IMG/VR virus record: IMGVR_UViG_3300044716_000883
Span: 96,001-160,000 of that record
DNA: 64,000 nt
Source: a virus
Strand: one strand, 5' to 3'
The first letter of the stretch is position 1, and each line of letters starts with the position of its first letter. Position numbers and translations under genes: made by a program. Shown here one piece after another: positions 57,567 through 64,000 of this stretch. The notes under the pieces are model-generated. The model had not been told where the DNA came from. It saw nothing but the letters and a program-made list of their open reading frames with translations, and did not search any database.

Positions 57567-57803
57567 ATGACAGTATTAGTAATCCTAATCATCGTTGCCG
57601 TAGCGGTATTCGTTGCTATGAAAACCGGTAAGGTTAAAGATGCAAACAACAACAACATTCCTGACGCTATTGAAAAGCCACTTGAAGAAGTAAAAGAAGT
57701 AGTTAAAGCAACTGTTGCAAAAGTAAAAGCTACTAAAGCACCACAAGCTCCTAAAGCAACAAAAAAACCAGTAGCAAAAACTAGTGCTAAAAAGCAAAAG
57801 TAA
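57567..57803 (+). CDS. small membrane-anchored protein with Lys/Ala/Pro-rich tail
   Basis: N-terminal TM helix, DANNNNIPD loop, KAPQAPKATKKP tail. Confidence 0.65.
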   Translation: MTVLVILIIVAVAVFVAMKTGKVKDANNNNIPDAIEKPLEEVKEVVKATVAKVKATKAPQAPKATKKPVAKTSAKKQK

Positions 57804-58036
57804 TGCTAAAACTAGCAGAAATAGCTAAGGCATGGATAGCAGCAGCTAATCCAACACCTGGGCAAAAAATTATAGCAGAGCATAGGGCGAGTGTTTGTGA
57901 CACTTGCCCAAGCAAAGCTTATAATAAAATAATGGATTTCTATTTTTGCAGTGAATGTGGATGTCCACTAAACAAAAAAATTTTCAGTCCTGTTGAGGGA
58001 CCTAAAGCTTGCCCGTTAGCTAAATGGGAAAAATAA
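57803..58036 (+). CDS. Cys-rich metal-binding protein (DUF6171-like), copy 2
   Basis: RASVCDTC...CSECGCPLNKK...CPLAKW. Confidence 0.68.
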   Translation: MLKLAEIAKAWIAAANPTPGQKIIAEHRASVCDTCPSKAYNKIMDFYFCSECGCPLNKKIFSPVEGPKACPLAKWEK

Positions 58037-58040
58037 CGTT

Positions 58041-58310
58041 ATGGCACAATTAACACCAGAAGAATTACAATCAGTTAAAGACTTACAGTCTAAGTACAAT
58101 CAAACCATATTTGAAATCGGTGCGTCTGAAGCGCAAATGATCGCATTTCAACAGGGCATTGAGAAATTACAAAAAGCTAAAGAAGGCTTAATATCTGATC
58201 TATCAACAATTGAACAGAAAGAATCGGAACTAATTAAATCTTTGCAAGAAAAGTACGAACAAGGCAGTATAGATCTAGAAACAGGAAAAATAACATTGGA
58301 TCAACAATAA
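58041..58310 (+). CDS. small coiled-coil protein
   Basis: Heptad pattern, C-terminal YEQGSIDLETG. Confidence 0.6.
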   Translation: MAQLTPEELQSVKDLQSKYNQTIFEIGASEAQMIAFQQGIEKLQKAKEGLISDLSTIEQKESELIKSLQEKYEQGSIDLETGKITLDQQ

Positions 58311-58385
58311 CCTGCGGTTTATAGCTGTTTTTGGATATTTATTATTAGGTCAATCCTATTAAATTTTCAAAAACAATTATAAAAA

Positions 58386-60554
58386 ATGGGCGAAAAAATT
58401 TTATCTCCTGGCGTATTCCAAAATGAATCTGACCAATCGTTAGTTCAAAGAGGTATCCAAGGTACAGCAACTGCTATCGTTGGTCCAACCGTGTTGGGTC
58501 AACCATTAGTTCCTACCTATGTTACTTCATACACTGAATTCCAACAAAAATTCGGAGAAACATTTAAGAGTGGTAGTTACTACTACGAATATTTTACATC
58601 ATTAGCTGCTAGAGATTTCTTTAGCAACGGTGGTCAAACATTATTAGTTACTAGAGTTATTAGTGGTAGCAATAATGTAAATACTTATGCACAAGCAGAT
58701 GTACCAAACTCTTTAACAGCAACTGCTGGTACTGTATCTTCTGCTTCATTTGTATTAAATTCATTTGATACCGGTAGTACTCCATATATGGCACTTGGTA
58801 TTCCTAATGAAAATACTTATCTTATAAATGTAAACCAAAATACATCCTGGCTGCCAGCAGGATCAACATATGCTGATACAGTTTCAGAAATACTTCATGT
58901 TTTTGTTGGGGCAAGCCCAACCATTGATCAGGTAGGTAACTATATTACAGCCTCTCTTAATGCAAGTGCTAGTCTCTTTAGAAATAAGTTTACAGCATCT
59001 TTTGATACTGCTACTGATACTTTAACTTTTACCACAGTTGTTACAGCTAACCAAAATAGTGTTCCTAACAACAATTGGTTTGTAAGCCGTTCATTGTATG
59101 GCCCTAGTATTACACTTAAAAGCCCTAATAGTACTGGACAGTTTTTTGATAATGGTGCTGATGGTACTGTAAATAATACATTTACTCTTGAAACTATAGC
59201 TTGGGGTAACCAAATGAACAATACATCAAGTATATCAGCTGGTGCTCTAGCAAGTGGTAGTGCAGCTAACGTTCGTTGGGAAGTTACAAATGTAAACACA
59301 GGAAGCGGTACATTTAACTTAGCAATTCGTGCAGGTAATGATAATACTGCTCAACCTAACTATCTAGAAACATATACTAACTTATCATTAGATCCAGCTT
59401 TACCTAACTATATCTCTCGTGTAATTGGTGACAATAAGCCAGTTTACAAAGTGGATGGTGATGGTGTTCCATTTATTGATTACACTGGTTCTTATGCTAA
59501 TGCTTCTCCATATGTTCGTGTTAAGTCTGTAGATTACCCACAAATTGATTCAATTGATAATAATGGTAATTATAAGTCTGCTTCTTTAGCATCTAGCTTA
59601 CCACTATTAGGTAGTGGTTCAAAGGGTGGTTCATTTGCTGGTGGTGTTGCTGCAACAAACGCACCTCAATTAATGAACGAAGCAATTACATCTACAAACG
59701 TACAAGGATTCTTTTCTAATGATTACATCAATGCATTCAATTTATTAACAAATAAAGATGAATACCAATTTAATGTATTATTAGCACCAGGTATTACTTT
59801 AGATAATAGTGCTGCTGCTTACATGATCGCTACTTGTGAAGGTAGAGGTGATGCTATTGCAATGGTAGATTGTAAAACATATGGTTCAACTGTAACAGGT
59901 GCTACACAAGCAGCTGCTGGTCAATCTAGCAACTACGCTGCTGCTTATTGGCCTTGGGTTCAATTACGCTCAACTGGATTAGGCAAAGCAGTATGGGCCC
60001 CAGCTTCAACTATAATGGGTGGTGTTTTAGCATTCAACGACCAAGTTGGTGCTGAATGGTTCGCTCCAGCAGGTTTAAACAGAGGTGGTGTTAATGCATT
60101 AAAAGCTGAAAGAAAATTATCTCAAGCAGATCGTGATGCCTTATATGAAGGTAATGTTAACCCATTAGCTACATTCCCTGGAAATGGTGTTGTAGTATTT
60201 GGTCAAAAGACATTACAGAAGAAAGCTACAGCTTTAGATAGAGTAAACGTTCGTCGTTTATTGATTAGATTAAAAGATTTCATCGGTGATGTTGCAAACA
60301 ACTTAGTATTCGAACAAAATACAACAATAACTCGTAATAGATTCTTATCTCAAGTAAACCCTTATTTAGATTCAGTAGTACAACAACAAGGTTTATATGC
60401 TTACCAAGTGGTGATGGATGATTCAAACAACACACCTGATGTAATCGATAGAAACCAATTAGTAGGTCAGATTTATATCCAACCAACTAAGACAGCTGAA
60501 TTTATCATATTAAATTTCAACGTATTACCAACTGGCGCTACATTCCCTGCATAA
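58386..60554 (+). CDS. gp18: tail sheath protein (T4 gp18-like)
   Basis: SPGVFQNESD, AIVGPT, YWPWV, WFAPAGLNRG, VFGQKTLQ, DRVNVRRLLI, IYIQPTKTAEFI. Confidence 0.95.
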   Translation: MGEKILSPGVFQNESDQSLVQRGIQGTATAIVGPTVLGQPLVPTYVTSYTEFQQKFGETFKSGSYYYEYFTSLAARDFFSNGGQTLLVTRVISGSNNVNTYAQADVPNSLTATAGTVSSASFVLNSFDTGSTPYMALGIPNENTYLINVNQNTSWLPAGSTYADTVSEILHVFVGASPTIDQVGNYITASLNASASLFRNKFTASFDTATDTLTFTTVVTANQNSVPNNNWFVSRSLYGPSITLKSPNSTGQFFDNGADGTVNNTFTLETIAWGNQMNNTSSISAGALASGSAANVRWEVTNVNTGSGTFNLAIRAGNDNTAQPNYLETYTNLSLDPALPNYISRVIGDNKPVYKVDGDGVPFIDYTGSYANASPYVRVKSVDYPQIDSIDNNGNYKSASLASSLPLLGSGSKGGSFAGGVAATNAPQLMNEAITSTNVQGFFSNDYINAFNLLTNKDEYQFNVLLAPGITLDNSAAAYMIATCEGRGDAIAMVDCKTYGSTVTGATQAAAGQSSNYAAAYWPWVQLRSTGLGKAVWAPASTIMGGVLAFNDQVGAEWFAPAGLNRGGVNALKAERKLSQADRDALYEGNVNPLATFPGNGVVVFGQKTLQKKATALDRVNVRRLLIRLKDFIGDVANNLVFEQNTTITRNRFLSQVNPYLDSVVQQQGLYAYQVVMDDSNNTPDVIDRNQLVGQIYIQPTKTAEFIILNFNVLPTGATFPA

Positions 60555-60604
60555 GGGGGTGTAGTTGCTAATATTTATTAATAGCAATATAAACACAACA
60601 TAAA

Positions 60605-61090
60605 ATGGCTGTATTATCACCAAACGAAATAATGTTCACAGCGTTTGAACCTAAAGTTCAGAATCGTTTTATCATGTACATCGATGGTATTCCTGCGTAC
60701 TTGATTAAAAAGGCATCTGCTCCTGGATTTGAAGCTGGTGAAATTATTTTAGATCATATCAACGTTTACCGTAAAGTTAAAGGTAAAGTTCGTTGGAATG
60801 ACATGACTTTAGAATTATATGATCCTGTAACTCCATCAGGTGCACAATCAGTAATGGAATGGGCTCGTTTAGCACACGAATCAGTAACAGGCCGCGATGG
60901 TTACTCAGATTTCTACAAAAAGAGCATCACATTAGACATCTTAGGTCCAGTAGGTGATGTAGTAGGTGAGTGGATTATCAACGGTGCTTACGTTAAAACT
61001 GCAACTTTCGGTGAATACGATTGGAGCGCAGACGCAGCAGTTAGCTTATCAGTAGTGATAGCTATGGATTATTGCGTATTGAACTTCTAA
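60605..61090 (+). CDS. gp19: tail tube protein (T4 gp19-like)
   Basis: FEPKVQNRF, WNDMTLELYDP, FYKKSITLDILGP, EWIINGAY; follows the sheath. Confidence 0.92.
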   Translation: MAVLSPNEIMFTAFEPKVQNRFIMYIDGIPAYLIKKASAPGFEAGEIILDHINVYRKVKGKVRWNDMTLELYDPVTPSGAQSVMEWARLAHESVTGRDGYSDFYKKSITLDILGPVGDVVGEWIINGAYVKTATFGEYDWSADAAVSLSVVIAMDYCVLNF

Positions 61091-61114
61091 TTATATTTCA
61101 ATATCTTTTTATAT

Positions 61115-61146
61115 AAGGCGTCTGCTTTTAGCAGACGTCTTTTTTT
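61115..61146 (+). terminator. intrinsic terminator after the tube gene
   Basis: aaggcgtctgct-ttt-agcagacgtctt + T tract. Confidence 0.85.
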
Positions 61147-61163
61147 GTTTTATATTTATATCC

Positions 61164-61658
61164 ATGGAATTATTAAAGTCGTTTGATAAAACAAAACTAG
61201 ATTTAGAAAATCCTTCACCATCGGGTTTTAATAGACTTGATACTATTACTGATTACAACGCTAATAGCACAGGTACCCCAACTAGTAAAGCAAATCCTGG
61301 TGCACCATCTCGTTTCTTTCAAAAATTTGTTCCACAAGAAACATATTTACAATACGTTAAGAATTTATCTGGCAAAAGTAATTTATTAAATTTAAGTGGC
61401 CTTAATAGTAGTATTGATCTTTCTACCAACACTAACTATACAATATTTGACGCTACTGACCTTGACATTGAAAAACCAGGAGTTAATGGTGGTATTCCAT
61501 ACAAACAAGAAAAAGACCCAACAGTATACCCAGTAACAGCACAAAGAGTAACACCATCAAGGGGGGCATTCCCAGTACAGGGAGAGGGTGCTAAAAAATA
61601 TACCCAACCTTTTTCCCCAACTAAAACATACTCAGAGTTTATAAAGAAGTTTATTTAA
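61164..61658 (+). CDS. hypothetical protein with internal duplication
   Basis: FDKTKLDLENP...YLQYVK and FDATDLDIEKP...YSEFIK. Confidence 0.55.
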   Translation: MELLKSFDKTKLDLENPSPSGFNRLDTITDYNANSTGTPTSKANPGAPSRFFQKFVPQETYLQYVKNLSGKSNLLNLSGLNSSIDLSTNTNYTIFDATDLDIEKPGVNGGIPYKQEKDPTVYPVTAQRVTPSRGAFPVQGEGAKKYTQPFSPTKTYSEFIKKFI

Positions 61659-61665
61659 TACTTAC

Positions 61666-61697
61666 TTGGTAAATGCCTTTTTTCTTCGTATATTTAT
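61666..61697 (+). promoter_or_regulatory. Bacteroidota-type promoter candidate TTG-N20-TATATTTA
   Basis: TTG 61666-61668, 20-nt spacer, TATATTTA from 61689, upstream of ATG 61722. Confidence 0.5.
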
Positions 61698-61721
61698 ATA
61701 TATAATAAATAAAATAAGTTT

Positions 61722-62465
61722 ATGGCTGAATTAAAAATTCCAACAGAAATCGTTTCGTTACCCTCAAAAGGTTTATTGTACCCCGAGACATCCCCACTAT
61801 CTAAAGGCGAAGTTGAGATGAAATATATGACGGCAAAAGAAGAAGATATTCTTACCAATACCAACTTTATTCGTCAAGGTACCGTTATTGATAAATTATT
61901 ACAAGCACTAATTGTAACACCAATTGATTACAATGAATTACTAATTGGTGATAAAAATGCAATATTAGTTGCTGCTCGTGTTTTAGGTTATGGTAAAGAT
62001 TATTCTTTTACATACAATAGTAAAGAAGTATCTGTTGATTTATCTACATTAGAAGATAAAGTAGTTGACGAATCACTATTTACCCGTGGCTCAAATGAAT
62101 TTAATTTCACATTACCACACTCAGGTAACAACGTTACATTTAAATTATTAACACACGGTGACGAACAAAAAATCGAAGCTGAGATTAAAGGTTTATTAAA
62201 AGCAAACCCAAATGTGTCTACAGATGTTACTACACGTTTAAAACATATGATCACTTCAATTGAAGGTAAACGTGATCAAAAAGATATCCGTGATTTTGTT
62301 GATAATTACTTAATTGCTAAAGACGCTAGAGCATTACGTGAGTATTACGCTAAAATCCAACCAGATATTAATTTGCTATATAAACCAGAAGATGGTAATT
62401 ATACAGGGGAGGGTATAGCTATTCCGATTTCACTTAACTTTTTTTGGCCTGACTCAGGACTATAG
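61722..62465 (+). CDS. baseplate hub/tail assembly chaperone (T4 gp26-like)
   Basis: LPSKGLLYP, MKYMTAKEEDILT, GDKNAILVAAR; ends NFFWPDSGL; lies between tube and tape measure. Confidence 0.75.
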   Translation: MAELKIPTEIVSLPSKGLLYPETSPLSKGEVEMKYMTAKEEDILTNTNFIRQGTVIDKLLQALIVTPIDYNELLIGDKNAILVAARVLGYGKDYSFTYNSKEVSVDLSTLEDKVVDESLFTRGSNEFNFTLPHSGNNVTFKLLTHGDEQKIEAEIKGLLKANPNVSTDVTTRLKHMITSIEGKRDQKDIRDFVDNYLIAKDARALREYYAKIQPDINLLYKPEDGNYTGEGIAIPISLNFFWPDSGL

Positions 62466-62718
62466 ATTAGTATTATTTAATCAAATCCACGAAATTGTAT
62501 TTCACGGAAATGGTGGTTACGATTGGGACACTGTTTATAATATGCCTATTTGGTTACGTTTATTTACGTACAATAAAATGAAAGAACATTATGCTAAACA
62601 GAATGAGGAAAACGAAAAAATAAATAATCAATTACAAAATAAAGTTGCAAATATTGCAAAACCAAACATAAATCAACCACCCCCACCAACATACAAAGTA
62701 AAGGCGCCTAAGAAATAG
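62440..62718 (+). CDS. frameshift-accessed extension of the tail assembly chaperone (GT-like/gp51-like; not in ORF track)
   Basis: +1 frame opens at 62419 with no start codon until 62542; reads FFGLTQDYRLVLFNQIHEIVFHGNGGYDWDTVYNMPIWLR...KAPKK. Confidence 0.65.
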   Translation, partial: FFGLTQDYRLVLFNQIHEIVFHGNGGYDWDTVYNMPIWLRLFTYNKMKEHYAKQNEENEKINNQLQNKVANIAKPNINQPPPPTYKVKAPKK

Positions 62719-62726
62719 GCGCTTTT
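62701..62726 (+). terminator. hairpin/terminator before the tape measure gene
   Basis: aaggcgccta-agaaa-taggcgcttt + t. Confidence 0.65.
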
Positions 62727-62739
62727 AATATTTATATCC

Positions 62740-64000
62740 ATGCGCATAGATTTTACACCACGTTTATTTATGAATCCCCAAGCGGATCTTAAAGCAGCCC
62801 AGGAATTAGCTGAGGTTGTTGAGGTTCTTAAAGATTCCTTTAAGAGCTTAGGGGTTATTATTAAACAGGAAATTGGGGATAATATTAAAGATGCTGATAA
62901 GTTTACAAAAGCTTATGGTAAAACATTAGCATCTGATCTTACAAGATCATTCAATAGTTTAGGTAAAAAAAGCGAAGAACTTCTTAAAAACCAAGAAGCA
63001 TTAAAAAATGGTCAAGCTAAGAGTAAAGATATTCTAAAGCAAATTGAACAAATAGAGCAAAAAAGAAAAAATGTTTCTATTGATCTAAAAAATGCTCTTA
63101 AAGCAGGAGTAATAGACCAACAACAATACACAAATCTACTATCAGAATCCCTTCAAAAACACGAAGAAACAATTGAAGCTCTAAAAACCCAATCAGAGCA
63201 TGCTATGCGTACTGAGAATGCAATGGGTAATTTAGGAAGTATTGTCAAGGGTTTAAATAAAATTCCTATATTAGGTAGTTTAATTAATAGTGAAAAGGTT
63301 TTAGAAAAAATGCAGCAAACTGCTGCTAAAACAGGAAGTTCTCTTGCTGTAATGGGAACCGGTATTCTTGAATTAGGTAAAAGTATTGGTAAAGGCTTTA
63401 CTGATCCCCTTACAGTACTAACATTTTTTCTTAATGCTGGATTAAAAGCAGATAAACAAACTACTGAATTAGCTAAGTCTTTAGGTATAGGAAAAGATCA
63501 AGCAAGTGGTTTACGCCAAAACTTTGTTAGATATGCTGCCGCAACAGGAGATGCTTTTATCACTACTGATAAATTAGTAGAAGCCCAAGGTGAGTTAACT
63601 AATGAATTAGGAATAGCAGCCCAATATTCAGGCAAACAAACAGAAGATTTTACCCGTTTAACCAAATTAATGGGATTATCAGCGAATGAAGCTGGTAAAT
63701 TGGCTCGTTTATCTGTTGTAAATGGTGCTTCAATAGAAGATACTACTAAATCAATTATTAAAGGATCAGCAGCTTCTCAAAGATCAAATAAGATTTCTGT
63801 TGATCAAAGAACAATATTAAAAGATGTAGCTAATCTAAGTGCAGGAATACTTGTTAAATTTCAAGGTAATCCAGAAGCATTAGGAGCAGCAGTCGTACAA
63901 GCAAGAGCATTAGGTTTAAATTTAGAAGAAGTAGATAAAATTGGTGAATCGCTTTTAAACTGGGAATCATCAATCGAAAATGAACTTAAAGCTGAACTAA
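62740..64000 (+). CDS. tape measure protein, 5' part (runs off window; not in ORF track)
   Basis: Open frame from ATG 62740 (alternative 62770) to the window end; helical A/L/K-rich, ...LLNWESSIENELKAEL; follows the chaperone. Confidence 0.8.
   Translation, partial: MRIDFTPRLFMNPQADLKAAQELAEVVEVLKDSFKSLGVIIKQEIGDNIKDADKFTKAYGKTLASDLTRSFNSLGKKSEELLKNQEALKNGQAKSKDILKQIEQIEQKRKNVSIDLKNALKAGVIDQQQYTNLLSESLQKHEETIEALKTQSEHAMRTENAMGNLGSIVKGLNKIPILGSLINSEKVLEKMQQTAAKTGSSLAVMGTGILELGKSIGKGFTDPLTVLTFFLNAGLKADKQTTELAKSLGIGKDQASGLRQNFVRYAAATGDAFITTDKLVEAQGELTNELGIAAQYSGKQTEDFTRLTKLMGLSANEAGKLARLSVVNGASIEDTTKSIIKGSAASQRSNKISVDQRTILKDVANLSAGILVKFQGNPEALGAAVVQARALGLNLEEVDKIGESLLNWESSIENELKAEL

Larger units (their letters stand above)
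2378..62735 (+). promoter_or_regulatory. recurrent intergenic motif ATATTTAT (putative phage promoter element)
   Basis: At 2378, 4193, 4553, 6152, 8059, 12066, 15198, 15905, 20718, 32784, 33137, 36091, 41450, 53281, 57538, 58335, 60571, 61152, 61690 and 62728, each shortly upstream of a start codon. Confidence 0.7.

Noticed and set aside
122-62254. All other minus-strand and nested short ORFs in the track
   Set aside because: They lie wholly within long + strand genes with recognisable motifs and have no motifs or start context of their own.
1-64000. Stop-codon reassignment (as in some large gut phages)
   Set aside because: Genes tile densely under the standard code and end at TAA, TAG and TGA without fragmentation.
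1-64000. tRNA or rRNA genes
   Set aside because: Intergenic gaps are short and none shows a cloverleaf with T-loop GTTCRA and D-loop signatures that I could verify.

Overview
A 64-kb segment of a large T4-like (contractile-tailed) phage genome. It is AT-rich, uses the standard genetic code, and all credible genes lie on the + strand. A Bacteroidota host is inferred from mostly SD-less A-rich start contexts and TTG-N20-TATATTTA promoter-like sites. Layout: (i) ~0-4.5 kb accessory genes (FAD oxidoreductase, P-loop kinase, putative internal head proteins); (ii) ~4.6-15 kb head module (terminase large subunit, portal, prohead protease, scaffold, major capsid); (iii) PhoH, neck and tail-completion genes; (iv) ~20.8-36 kb fibre/adhesin block (2369-aa Ser-rich repeat fibre, three LamG proteins, proline-free collagen-like fibre with S74 chaperone); (v) ~36-53 kb glycan/sulfur modification island (glycosyltransferases, methyltransferase, radical SAM, epimerase, UDP-sugar dehydrogenase, carbamoyltransferase, SGNH-like proteins, APS kinase module); (vi) ~53-57.5 kb cluster centred on a circularly permuted ATP-grasp-like ligase fused to a Hint domain. 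That Hint keeps only its C-terminal cleavage residues and carries a 23-aa Cys-rich peptide, next to sulfotransferase, 2OG-Fe(II) oxygenase, GAMT-like methyltransferase and GNAT genes. This is the best candidate for an undescribed system; (vii) tail sheath, tube, a tail-assembly chaperone with a likely programmed +1/-2 frameshift, and the start of the tape measure. All calls come from motif recognition by eye; no database searches were run.
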